DNA of 64,000 nt from a virus. The notes below the pieces were generated by a model. The model did no database searches and was not told the origin of the DNA. It saw only the letters and a list, made by a program, of their open reading frames with translations. The stretch lies in the IMG/VR virus record IMGVR_UViG_3300046808_001301; one strand, 5' to 3'. This document shows, piece after piece, positions 48,205-56,896 of this stretch (within the stretch, counting starts at the first letter, position 1; every line of letters starts with the position of its first letter). A program made the translations under genes and the position numbers.

Positions 48205-49182
48205 ATGAGTTTAGTATTAGTAACTGGGTGTGCTGGGTTTATAGGTTCAAGAGTATGCAGCATGTTGATCGAAGATGGACATGAAGTTGTCGGAATAGAC
48301 AATCTCAACAATTATTATGATCCGAGTCTTAAACAGTACCGTTTACGTAGGTTACGGTTTTTTGGTAACAAATTTAAGTTTGAGTTACTAAACATTGAAA
48401 ACAAAAACAAGCTAATTGAGTTATTCAAAACTCATTCGTTTGAAACGGTATACAATCTAGCAGCTAGAGCAGGAGTACAGAATAGCTTAAAAGATCCGTA
48501 TATTTATTTGTCAACAAATGCTGTAGGAACACTAAATTTGCTTGAAGCAATGAAAGAAACCAACGTCAAAAAAATGGTGTTGGCCTCAACTTCTTCATTA
48601 TACGCAGGTCAACAAATGCCGTTTACGGAAGATCTTGCAGTAAACACTCCTCTATCTCCATATGCAGCTTCTAAAAAAGCAGCAGAGTTGATGGCTTATA
48701 GCTACCACCATTTATATGGATTAGATATTTCCGTAGTAAGGTATTTTACGGTATTTGGTCCAGCAGGTCGACCAGATATGAGCATTTTTAGATTTATTAA
48801 ATGGATTGATGAAGGGCGTCCTCTTGAAATTTTTGGAGACGGTTCTCAATCAAGAGATTTTACATACGTTGATGATATAGCTAGAGGAACAATTCAAGCT
48901 TCAAAATCGTTAGGGTATGAAATTCTAAATTTAGGAGGAGGAAAGTCTCCAAAAAGTTTAAATTGGACGATTGATTTTATTTGTAAGGAACGCAACCTTC
49001 CTGTTCCAGCAAGATCAACAAAAGACTTTCATGTAGCTGACATTGTTGCTACTCAAGCTAATATATCTAAAGCTAACCAGTTAATTGGTTATGAACCAAA
49101 AATTTCTTTTGAAGAAGGGTTATTAAACACTCTTCAATGGCATAAAGAGAACAGTCATTGGCTTAAAAATATCAGAATCTGA
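48205..49182 (+). CDS. NAD-dependent nucleotide-sugar epimerase (UDP-glucuronate 4-epimerase-like)
   Basis: TGCAGFIG, NLAARAGV, ASTSSLY, YAASK, GRPDM, RDFTYVDDI. Confidence 0.93.
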   Translation: MSLVLVTGCAGFIGSRVCSMLIEDGHEVVGIDNLNNYYDPSLKQYRLRRLRFFGNKFKFELLNIENKNKLIELFKTHSFETVYNLAARAGVQNSLKDPYIYLSTNAVGTLNLLEAMKETNVKKMVLASTSSLYAGQQMPFTEDLAVNTPLSPYAASKKAAELMAYSYHHLYGLDISVVRYFTVFGPAGRPDMSIFRFIKWIDEGRPLEIFGDGSQSRDFTYVDDIARGTIQASKSLGYEILNLGGGKSPKSLNWTIDFICKERNLPVPARSTKDFHVADIVATQANISKANQLIGYEPKISFEEGLLNTLQWHKENSHWLKNIRI

Positions 49183-49193
49183 AAAATCTGATG

Positions 49194-49221
49194 TTGTTTA
49201 ATCTCATTTTTAGTATAAAAT
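49194..49221 (+). promoter_or_regulatory. Sigma70-like promoter of the modification operon
   Basis: TTGTTT-16-TAAAAT, 7 nt before ATG 49229. Confidence 0.55.
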
Positions 49222-49228
49222 CAACTCA

Positions 49229-49573
49229 ATGACAACCACTGTTATTATTACACTCCAATACGAAGCTTTTCACAACTGGCAGGGAGTCAAAGAGGCTCTT
49301 CCTGACAACCCAGAAATCCATTTCCTCTTTGATAGACACAGACATTTGTTTTTTATTACGCTAGAAAAACACGTAACTCATGATGATAGAGACGTGGAAA
49401 TCATTCTTTTTAAACGCAAAGTGCAAGATTATCTTGAAACAAAGTATGGCAGGCCAGGAGAACTTGGATCAAGGTCATGTGAAATGCTTGCAGAAGAACT
49501 TCTTAAGAAATTCGATTGCGAAACAGTGCAAGTACTTGAAGACAACGAAAACGGAGCTAAAGTATATAAATGA
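49229..49573 (+). CDS. QueD-like (6-pyruvoyl-tetrahydropterin synthase-like, T-fold) protein
   Basis: EAFH, HRH, DRDVE, SCEMLA and VLEDNENGA match the QueD metal-binding His and S/TxE pattern of the phage variant. Confidence 0.75.
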   Translation: MTTTVIITLQYEAFHNWQGVKEALPDNPEIHFLFDRHRHLFFITLEKHVTHDDRDVEIILFKRKVQDYLETKYGRPGELGSRSCEMLAEELLKKFDCETVQVLEDNENGAKVYK

Positions 49574-49995
49574 TTACCTTTGTCTGCGGTCAGCTTTGTT
49601 CCGGAAAAACCAGATATGCTAAAGCTATGGCTGATTCGGTGAACGCGTTGTTCATTGAAGTCGGGGATATCGTTCGTGAGATAACTCAGACAACCGATCG
49701 AGCACAACTTCAAGATACAAAAAACCTTTTGGATGAGATCGTGGAGCGACTCATACGCAAAATGCCTTTGTGTGATGTAAAGGAATACGTCGTTTGCGGA
49801 GTTAGGCAGAAAGAAATACTGTTACAATTTCCGGATGCAACGATGCTGTGGATTGAGTGTCCTAAAAAGGAACGTAAAAAGCGTTATAAAGAACGAGCTC
49901 GACAAGGAGATACTACTCCTTTTAAAGAAGCGGAACAAGGTGATATCGAACTAGGCATCTTAGAAGTTAAACAATACATTTTCGACAACAAATGA
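49570..49995 (+). CDS. P-loop nucleotide kinase (NMP / dephospho-CoA kinase-like)
   Basis: GQLCSGKT, GDIVRE, VVCGVR, Arg-rich lid. Confidence 0.75.
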   Translation: MITFVCGQLCSGKTRYAKAMADSVNALFIEVGDIVREITQTTDRAQLQDTKNLLDEIVERLIRKMPLCDVKEYVVCGVRQKEILLQFPDATMLWIECPKKERKKRYKERARQGDTTPFKEAEQGDIELGILEVKQYIFDNK

Positions 49996-50783
49996 AATTC
50001 TTTTGTATTCCGCCAAACAACCATCTCGACATGATGGACAACGGCGATTGGTATTTTGCTCTTTGTCATCACTATATACAAGATAAAAAGTATAGAGAAT
50101 ATTTCCTTAATTTAAGAAAAGCAAAACCTAATGCTTTTATTTTGCTAGATAATGGAGCAGCAGAGCATAGTCTCGTAACAGAAGATGTTTTAATCGAAGC
50201 TGTTATGGAATTACAACCAAACGAAGTAATTGCTCCAGACGTTTTGTTTGACAAAAAACAAACACTTAAAAATCTTGAGTCGTTTATTAATAAATTGATC
50301 AAAGCTCAAATGCTAGACAAGGTTAATTTGTTCGGTTGTCCACAAGGATTAACAAAACAAGAATGGGTTGAATGTTATTTTCAAATGGCTCTTAATCCGT
50401 TCGTTAAAACAATTGGATTAAGCAAAATTGCTGTTCCGAAATGTTGGAATAACGCAGTTGATGACAAGATGATTTCTCTGTCTCGTAATCAATGCGTTAA
50501 AGAACTACAGCAAACGTTGTTGTTAACTAAGCCTCTCCACTTGCTTGGTATGGGGGAACACAATGAGTTCGACTTCTACTTGAGAAACAAAATTAAAAAC
50601 ATACGCAGTTCGGATAGTTGTTACACAATACTTGCTGCAATGAATGGAATTGATTTTGAGACAGGAAATACATCAAGAATTCCTACAACCAATGCTTATT
50701 TTGATGTTACTCTCACGGACGAACAACAAGAACTTGCAAAGAAAAATATAAACTATTTAAAAACCAAATATAAAGAAATATGA
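49992..50783 (+). CDS. tRNA-guanine transglycosylase-like (TGT/DpdA-like) TIM-barrel protein
   Basis: Ordered motifs LLDNGA, IAPDV, GCPQG, LHLLG and RSSDS parallel TGT DSGG, xD, QG, [HY]LxG and the catalytic D; no Zn-binding tail. Confidence 0.65.
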   Translation: MKFFCIPPNNHLDMMDNGDWYFALCHHYIQDKKYREYFLNLRKAKPNAFILLDNGAAEHSLVTEDVLIEAVMELQPNEVIAPDVLFDKKQTLKNLESFINKLIKAQMLDKVNLFGCPQGLTKQEWVECYFQMALNPFVKTIGLSKIAVPKCWNNAVDDKMISLSRNQCVKELQQTLLLTKPLHLLGMGEHNEFDFYLRNKIKNIRSSDSCYTILAAMNGIDFETGNTSRIPTTNAYFDVTLTDEQQELAKKNINYLKTKYKEI

Positions 50784-51451
50784 AAAACGAACTTCTAATT
50801 GTTACATGCACAGAAGCTAAAACAGACAAAGAATTTAGTCAAAAGCCTTTGTATGCTAGTCTTCAAAAACAATTTGAAAGCAATTCTAATGTGTCTTTTT
50901 ATATTTTCAAAGACAACAAAAGAGGTCTTTCGGAGTGCTATAATGAAATTCTACAAAATCAAACAAACATCAATAAAACAGTTTTGTTTGTTCATGATGA
51001 TGTTGTGCTTGATGATATATTTTTATACGAAAAGCTTACTCAGAGCCCGTATTCAATTACAGGCCTTGCTGGCGCTAAAACCTTCAATAAGCGCGCTGAC
51101 AAGCTTGCCTGGCACCTTGCCTCAGATAGGACTGATTACGTTGGTGAAGTAACACACTTCCATGAAGGCAAAATCTGGACAACTGTCTTTGGACCGACTC
51201 ATTCAAGAGCGTTAACAATTGACGGTTTGTTTATTTCTTGCAAAGTAAACGACCTAAAGCAAAAGGAATTGCTGTTTGATACCAATTTTAATTTTCATTT
51301 TTATGATATTGCTTTTTGTTTACGAGCAAATGAAAAGAAAGTCAGCTGTGGGGTGCTTCCAATTAAAGCAACACATTATGGAATTGGAGATTCAATGTTG
51401 ACTCCCCAATGGGAAGAAGCTAATATCGAGTTCAAACAAATTTACGCATGA
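50780..51451 (+). CDS. GT-A fold glycosyltransferase (GT2-like)
   Basis: YNEIL, FVHDDVVL, GLAG, IDGLFI, FHFYDIAFCL. Confidence 0.85.
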   Translation: MKNELLIVTCTEAKTDKEFSQKPLYASLQKQFESNSNVSFYIFKDNKRGLSECYNEILQNQTNINKTVLFVHDDVVLDDIFLYEKLTQSPYSITGLAGAKTFNKRADKLAWHLASDRTDYVGEVTHFHEGKIWTTVFGPTHSRALTIDGLFISCKVNDLKQKELLFDTNFNFHFYDIAFCLRANEKKVSCGVLPIKATHYGIGDSMLTPQWEEANIEFKQIYA

Positions 51452-51987
51452 TTGTAACACCTGAACAACTTAGTCAAACAAGCATTTTAACTCAAGAAGG
51501 AGTTTATGATTGCTGTTTAATCCAGCAACGCTTTTCATACAAGCTTTTTGGCAATTCAGTTTCCTCATTGGGAGATGTCATAACATTCCGAGCTCCAATT
51601 AATATTGGTCCTTTATTCTTTGAAAATTCTATCGTCATAGCAGCAGAACTTCCGAATGCTTCTATGTTTGCTGGAACCTGCTTTGCTAGACTTTATGCAG
51701 CTCAGCTTGGATCAATTTTGTCCTCAATGATCAACGAAGAATATACTGTTGATGAAAGCTGTATTTTTTCTGGAGAAGCTCAAGCTAGTCTATCAATGAT
51801 CAACCAGGTAAAAGATTCAGTATTGTTGCACATTGTTTTTCCGTTGAAAGAAGGAAATACGAAAGAAACTTTTTCTTGTCTTAAATTAGACGAAGAAAAA
51901 CTACTTGGATTTGAAATTAGTGCTGTTGAAGCATTTCGACAACTTACTCGTAGCATTTTTATAGAGACAAGACGTGACAATTTTTGA
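51448..51987 (+). CDS. DUF366-like protein (BPL/LplA-like fold)
   Basis: YDCCLIQQRFSYKLFG...GDVITFRAP resembles DUF366 YDG...[WF]AY..FG..GD.I..F.[AG]P; the C-terminal half is divergent. Confidence 0.55.
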   Translation: MIVTPEQLSQTSILTQEGVYDCCLIQQRFSYKLFGNSVSSLGDVITFRAPINIGPLFFENSIVIAAELPNASMFAGTCFARLYAAQLGSILSSMINEEYTVDESCIFSGEAQASLSMINQVKDSVLLHIVFPLKEGNTKETFSCLKLDEEKLLGFEISAVEAFRQLTRSIFIETRRDNF

Positions 51988-52324
51988 TTATATTAAGGAT
52001 ATAGTCGTTACCAAACGTGGGGATTTGCCTTTAGAACAATATGTACCGTTCTTAATCAATCGTTGGTTGAGTTTTGTTAATCCTACACTGTGTAGCGCTA
52101 TTAACCAAATGAATAACAAGACGTTATTGGAAGACAAAGAAATGCACTATAAAACATTAATTGCTTTGTTTCCTAAGATGAAGTATTGTCCTAAGATCAA
52201 TTACGTCAAAAAAGTCAAAGAAGCGGAGTCAACTGAGAACAAAATGATAGGAGTTGTTGCTCAGCAACTAGAAATCTCTAAACGAGAAGCAGAACAATTA
52301 CTCGAAGGAAGGTCTGCTAATTGA
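51974..52324 (+). CDS. gp62: Clamp-loader small subunit (gp62-like)
   Basis: FDYIKDI...YVPFLINRWLS...AINQMN...EISKREA pattern. Confidence 0.7.
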   Translation: MTIFDYIKDIVVTKRGDLPLEQYVPFLINRWLSFVNPTLCSAINQMNNKTLLEDKEMHYKTLIALFPKMKYCPKINYVKKVKEAESTENKMIGVVAQQLEISKREAEQLLEGRSAN

Positions 52325-52843
52325 TTCAATCTCGTTTAAAAACGGAATTACGGACTCTCCTTTTAACGGTTGTTGCTTTTGACCGTTGTGCTTTTTAACG
52401 AATTCGTCTTTCCACGTTACATCATACTGCTCGTCTTCGTTAATTTCGTTGATTTCTCCGTTGCTTAACTTACGAAGCATCCAAACTTGTTTGTCGTGTT
52501 CATAAGGACCAGAAATAGCAGAAGGTCCAAACTCCAGCTTGCGGTTTTCGTCCATTACTTGGCGAAAAAGTTCCTTGAAAGAAGATAAACTTTCCTTTAC
52601 TTCTTTCTTTTTGCCTTTGTCAGATAAAGCTTTTTTCATTGACTCCTTTTTATCCCCGTCTTCATCAGCATCTAGATAATCGGGCTTGTCTTGTTTGGCT
52701 TCTTTAACGGCCATTTTTTTGTTTTTCTTTTTGCACTCTTCGCAGTTATCACACTTGCGTCCCTTTGCTGCCGCTTGACAAACATGCTTCTTTTCCATAA
52801 GAACGTAAGCTTCTTGCAACATTTCTAAATCTTTGAATACCAT
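52298..52843 (-). CDS. Hypothetical protein with Cys cluster and DxDxDG loop, probable internal head protein
   Basis: HVC...CDNCEEC; KPDYLDADEDGDKKESMKKA; TAAGTA upstream. Confidence 0.7.
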   Translation of the reverse strand: MVFKDLEMLQEAYVLMEKKHVCQAAAKGRKCDNCEECKKKNKKMAVKEAKQDKPDYLDADEDGDKKESMKKALSDKGKKKEVKESLSSFKELFRQVMDENRKLEFGPSAISGPYEHDKQVWMLRKLSNGEINEINEDEQYDVTWKDEFVKKHNGQKQQPLKGESVIPFLNEIESISRPSFE

Positions 52844-52896
52844 ATACCCTTTACTTATCGTTGACTACAGAATTTTTCACGGTAATTACTTACCAT

Positions 52897-53271
52897 ATGC
52901 ATCCTGTATTACCTCGCGAAAACAACGGTCTTGCTGACCTTGATCCTTATTCGAACTGCCCACTTCCAGAAGATTATGAAATTACCGAACTTCTTGGAGA
53001 TGTTATCCAATTGGTATATGCAGACACAGCAGAAGACGGCAAATCGCTTGTGCGTAACGGAATTATACTTCCTGAAGCAGTCGTTGAAAACAAAGCTTGG
53101 CGTGTAGGTAGGGTTATTATGGTTGGACCAAACGTCAAGCAAGTTAAAGCAGGACAACACGTTATTTTTCCAGGAGATAAAGGAATTAAAGGCATTCAAC
53201 GAGACGGCAAATTAAACATCTTCCTTAATGAAGAAAGAATTTTCGGAATTTGTAAGCCTCAAACAAACTAA
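52897..53271 (+). CDS. GroES/Cpn10-like co-chaperonin
   Basis: LGDVI...GIILP...GRVIMVGPNVKQVKAGQHVIFP...FLNEERIFGI; ATG 52897 preferred. Confidence 0.85.
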   Translation: MHPVLPRENNGLADLDPYSNCPLPEDYEITELLGDVIQLVYADTAEDGKSLVRNGIILPEAVVENKAWRVGRVIMVGPNVKQVKAGQHVIFPGDKGIKGIQRDGKLNIFLNEERIFGICKPQTN

Positions 53272-53658
53272 ATGAGACTCGGCAGAACAGCTCTGTGGAC
53301 ATTGCTCAATACAAATGCAGCAGAGCTACGTTTTCATCGCCGTATTTCAAAGAAAGGGTTTAAAGATTACAGAAGAATGTTGTGCACAGGAGATCGTCGT
53401 TTGTTACAATCTGCTCCAGCTAAACAAATTCTGAATTTTGTCCCTCCTCACGGATCACTTAAATACGACCCTCGAGCAAAAAATTTAATCGTAACTTGGG
53501 ATATATTCATGCAAAATTGGAGAATGATCAATTGCGACGACGTTGAATTAATCGCTGTAATCCCAACTTCTCCTGATCCTACAGAGTTCTGGAAATACTT
53601 TCAAGAACGCCTGGCAAATATGTCAGGCACACAAAAAGCTCAATTCATGGATACATGA
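53272..53658 (+). CDS. SH3/Sm-like beta-barrel protein (WYL_2/DUF2693-like)
   Basis: ELRF...RRMLCT...VTWDIFMQNWRMI pattern. Confidence 0.6.
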   Translation: MRLGRTALWTLLNTNAAELRFHRRISKKGFKDYRRMLCTGDRRLLQSAPAKQILNFVPPHGSLKYDPRAKNLIVTWDIFMQNWRMINCDDVELIAVIPTSPDPTEFWKYFQERLANMSGTQKAQFMDT

Positions 53659-54020
53659 TGTCAATCAATACATTTACAGACGAATTATTATTTACTAAAA
53701 TTCCAGGCGAGAATTTTTTGCTATCTTGTTTGCAAAAAGATTTAATCTTTTATTTAGGCAATAAGCCAATCAAACAAGGCAAACTAATATTGTTTAAGCG
53801 TTCTCATTTCTTTATTCAAATTACTTTGCTCAATGTTAAGAAAGAGAAAGAAAACTTTGAGATTCCTTTTCCATTTAAAATAGAGGAATACGAAGACGAA
53901 GAAGTAATGTATTTTGATTATAGAGTAGAAACCCTAAGAGTAGACAACCTTCCTCCAATTAAAAATAAAGTATCTTCGTCTTACTTTAACAAAATTTTAG
54001 AAATAGCTGTTAAAAGCTAA
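53655..54020 (+). CDS. Hypothetical protein (121 aa)
   Basis: ATGA overlap with the previous gene. Confidence 0.7.
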   Translation: MMSINTFTDELLFTKIPGENFLLSCLQKDLIFYLGNKPIKQGKLILFKRSHFFIQITLLNVKKEKENFEIPFPFKIEEYEDEEVMYFDYRVETLRVDNLPPIKNKVSSSYFNKILEIAVKS

Positions 54021-54163
54021 TATCTATAGGTCGTTTTTCCCTTTTTGGTAACGCCTTCTTTTTTGGCAATCGCTGTCCATTCGATTCGTTCAAAGTTCTT
54101 GTCGAATTGGTTTTTGTCTACAGGTCTTGGTTTGTCTCCTTTGCCTGCTTGATTGTTATTCAT
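54017..54163 (-). CDS. Small basic protein (48 aa, GKGDKPRP motif), not in the ORF track
   Basis: MNNNQAGKGDKPRPVDKNQFDKNFERIEW...; widespread small phage motif; own promoter. Confidence 0.75.
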   Translation of the reverse strand: MNNNQAGKGDKPRPVDKNQFDKNFERIEWTAIAKKEGVTKKGKTTYRY

Positions 54164-54169
54164 ACAAAT

Positions 54170-54197
54170 AGATTAACATTTTTAATTAAAAAGTCAA
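54170..54197 (-). promoter_or_regulatory. Sigma70-like promoter (leaderless, extended -10)
   Basis: TTGACT-16-TAATCT with TGn, 6 nt before ATG 54163. Confidence 0.75.
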
Positions 54198-54199
54198 AT

Positions 54200-54230
54200 A
54201 AAAAACCCCGGCCTTGCGACCGGGGTTTTT
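54200..54230 (-). terminator. Rho-independent terminator after the major capsid gene
   Basis: On the - strand CCCCGGTC-GCAA-GGCCGGGG plus T run; A/T tracts on both sides, so possibly bidirectional. Confidence 0.92.
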
Positions 54231-54257
54231 AAGATTTTGCTCGCTATCGTCTGTAAG

Positions 54258-55709
54258 TTACAGATATGTAGCAGCTTGACCAGGAACGAATGATTGACCA
54301 AGGCCGGTGCAGATAACAAGATGGTAGTAGAGAGCAGCTCCGAAGATGTGATCAACTACGCCGTATCTTGTAAGTAAACCGACACGTGGACTAAAGTCGT
54401 TAGGACCGATCGTGCGTTGAACCATTACAGGGATGTATGGGCAGTAAACAATACCACTGTCGTAGTATTCTGTGCCTTTGTATCCAAGAAGGGCATAATC
54501 AACGGGCTTCGTACGAACCGAGCTGTAACCGCCATTTTTGTTTGTAGCAGTGTAACCAGCATTAATTTGAGCTTCTGTACGAGTGTCACGATAGATTTGG
54601 AAACGACCACCAACCGAACCGACCTTTGCAATACCAACAGGCTGGGTGTTTACATTACCATTGACTGGCATCCATGTGAAGTTAGGAAGAGTCTCGAGGA
54701 TAGCGCAAATGCGAGGCGTTGCAATGATGAAATTAGCAGCACCACGACGATTGCGGATAGCAACACGGTTAGCTTCAACAACGATTCTGTTGTAGAAGTC
54801 ACGTGCACGCTCCCCGGACCAACGTCCGTCAGCAGAGATAGCAGACCAGGTTGAGTAACCCACACCAGCGCCAGCATTGAGACAGACCTGAATCATACGC
54901 GCGATCATTTCGCGGTCGATTTCAGCCTGAATCTCATATGACATAGCGTTAGTAAGCTCAGTATCGATGTCGATACCATTCATATTTTTAAGATCCTGTT
55001 CAAGTTCAACAGACCATTTAGCTGCCAACCTACGGGTCAGAGCTTCAACGGCTGTCTTTTCAAACGAAACGGTGATTTGAGGAATCTTTGAGCTGAGCTC
55101 GAATTGTGAGATTAAAGCCCCAACGCCAGCGTCTTCAGCAATGTTGTCCCACTCATCATTACCACTGAGGGCAGCTGAGGAAGCACCTGTGAAGGCTGTG
55201 TTAAGGTAGTTATAACCCAATTCTTTTCCAGAACCAGAAGGACCGGAGGCACCATTGCCAGCAACTGACCCAGATCCATTAGATCCATCGCCATTAGCAG
55301 AATATCCGAGAGCGGAATCTTCGTACTTGTAGCGCATTGCGAAAGCAAGTCCGACAGGTCCAGTCATTGGTTGTACGCCCACGATCTCATTTGTGATGAG
55401 CTCAGGGAAGGTACGACGAATCATTGGAATGAGGACTTTTGGCAAGCGGGCGTCTCCGCCAGCGTAGTTGTCACCAGAGAAAGCTCCTGCAGTCGGGGAA
55501 TGTGACCCGAATACTCCTCCAGTAGCAGCTGAGTTGCCGCCTTCGTTCAAGCACCACTTTTCTTGGTTTTCCAAGAGAATAGCAGTGTTAAGACGAGTTG
55601 TTTCATTTGAAATCTCAGCAACCTTATCAGATTTGAAATCCAATACAGGACTCCACTTCTCGACGAGTTGTTGAGCGTAATCTTTACTAATATGCATTAA
55701 GTTAGCCAT
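54258..55709 (-). CDS. gp23: Major capsid protein
   Basis: KWSPVL, TAILLENQ, VGVQPMTGPVGLAFAMR, ELEQDLK, EIDRE, YCPYIP, TRYG. Confidence 0.99.
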   Translation of the reverse strand: MANLMHISKDYAQQLVEKWSPVLDFKSDKVAEISNETTRLNTAILLENQEKWCLNEGGNSAATGGVFGSHSPTAGAFSGDNYAGGDARLPKVLIPMIRRTFPELITNEIVGVQPMTGPVGLAFAMRYKYEDSALGYSANGDGSNGSGSVAGNGASGPSGSGKELGYNYLNTAFTGASSAALSGNDEWDNIAEDAGVGALISQFELSSKIPQITVSFEKTAVEALTRRLAAKWSVELEQDLKNMNGIDIDTELTNAMSYEIQAEIDREMIARMIQVCLNAGAGVGYSTWSAISADGRWSGERARDFYNRIVVEANRVAIRNRRGAANFIIATPRICAILETLPNFTWMPVNGNVNTQPVGIAKVGSVGGRFQIYRDTRTEAQINAGYTATNKNGGYSSVRTKPVDYALLGYKGTEYYDSGIVYCPYIPVMVQRTIGPNDFSPRVGLLTRYGVVDHIFGAALYYHLVICTGLGQSFVPGQAATYL

Positions 55710-55751
55710 AATTTTGTGTTTTTTTTGTCTCCTTTTTATTGTGAGTGAAAA

Positions 55752-56720
55752 TTACCGAGCGAATCTATTTCCGCTGATTTTTTTCATCTCGTTCAGATAG
55801 CCGCTTACACTTTCACCTGAAGGCGTGCGCTCGATCTCATTGTTAAAATTTTGTTGTTCTTCGATAATTGTAGGACGATCGATTGAAGCAGTCTTTGTAT
55901 TTTCTGTTTTGACTGACTCTTTAATCAATTCGACTTCTTCTTGAGATTCTTTCTCAAACATATCCACAACGTATGAGAAGTTTTCCTCAATATATTCTGG
56001 TGACTTGTTTCCTAACAATTTGTTAATGAAATTCTTTTTAGCTGATGGTAATTCAGCTGTCTTCTTTTCAAGAAGAATGAAAGCTTCTGCTTTATTTTTC
56101 TTGAGCGTCAAGTTAGCATTTTCTTTGAGAACTGAATTCAGTTCAGAGCGAAGAGAATCGATTGTCTTTTTGCCGTCAACGAGAGCTTCTTTAATTTCTC
56201 CGTCAACAAACTCTTCTGAAATTCCAACAATTTGACGAATTTGTTTAATTTGATTTGCAGCGCGAATATTGTCAACTGCTTCAGAAATTTGTTCTTTTGG
56301 AAGAGCCTTGTCAATGTAGAGATCAAGGTAGTTAGAAACTTCTTCTACGAGACGCTCTTGGAAAGTCTTGGCTTCAGCAGACATTTGATTTTCGTATTTT
56401 TCAACGACTTGTTTCAACATGCCTGTATATTTCTTGTCGATGCCCTTAACAAGCTTTTGAAGCTTAACAGCATGATCAGTATCAATTGCTTCAACAAGCT
56501 TTTTGAGTTTAGCAGAATGGTCCACGTCGATCTTCTCAATTAACGATTGGAGCTTTTCTGTGTAAGACTCATCAAGTGTTTGTCTTACGTTTTCTTTTTC
56601 GAGTTCGATCTTTTGATTAGCTTTTTCTTCAACAGCTTGTTGAAATGTGTTTTCTAATTCATTCAGAGTTTCTTCTGAAATTAGATCTTTAAATTGTTCG
56701 TTGAGAATATTCTTGATCAT
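55752..56720 (-). CDS. gp22: Prohead core scaffold protein
   Basis: Glu/Lys-rich coiled coil with VSNYLD; lies immediately upstream of gp23. Confidence 0.88.
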   Translation of the reverse strand: MIKNILNEQFKDLISEETLNELENTFQQAVEEKANQKIELEKENVRQTLDESYTEKLQSLIEKIDVDHSAKLKKLVEAIDTDHAVKLQKLVKGIDKKYTGMLKQVVEKYENQMSAEAKTFQERLVEEVSNYLDLYIDKALPKEQISEAVDNIRAANQIKQIRQIVGISEEFVDGEIKEALVDGKKTIDSLRSELNSVLKENANLTLKKNKAEAFILLEKKTAELPSAKKNFINKLLGNKSPEYIEENFSYVVDMFEKESQEEVELIKESVKTENTKTASIDRPTIIEEQQNFNNEIERTPSGESVSGYLNEMKKISGNRFAR

Positions 56721-56749
56721 GGTCGGTGTTTTTACTTATTCTATTTGTG

Positions 56750-56890
56750 TTACTTTTTTGGTGCTAAAGCGCTCTGAATACGCTCTTTGAGTTTGTTTTC
56801 AATCATTTTTTGCAATGATACGTTAGCTCCACTGTAGTTTTTATCAGCAATGTTCGCGATAAACCCTTTAATGTCTTTTGTTGGTTTCAT
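56750..56890 (-). CDS. Small prohead core protein (gp67-like, 46 aa), not in the ORF track
   Basis: MKPTKDIKGFIANIADKNYSGANVSLQKMIENKLKERIQSALAPKK, between gp21 and gp22. Confidence 0.6.
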   Translation of the reverse strand: MKPTKDIKGFIANIADKNYSGANVSLQKMIENKLKERIQSALAPKK

Positions 56891-56896
56891 AGTTTA

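Noticed and set aside
54417-56543. Plus-strand ORFs overlapping gp23 and gp22, and similar shadow ORFs elsewhere
   Set aside because: They are antisense shadows of strongly supported genes and have no promoters or motifs.
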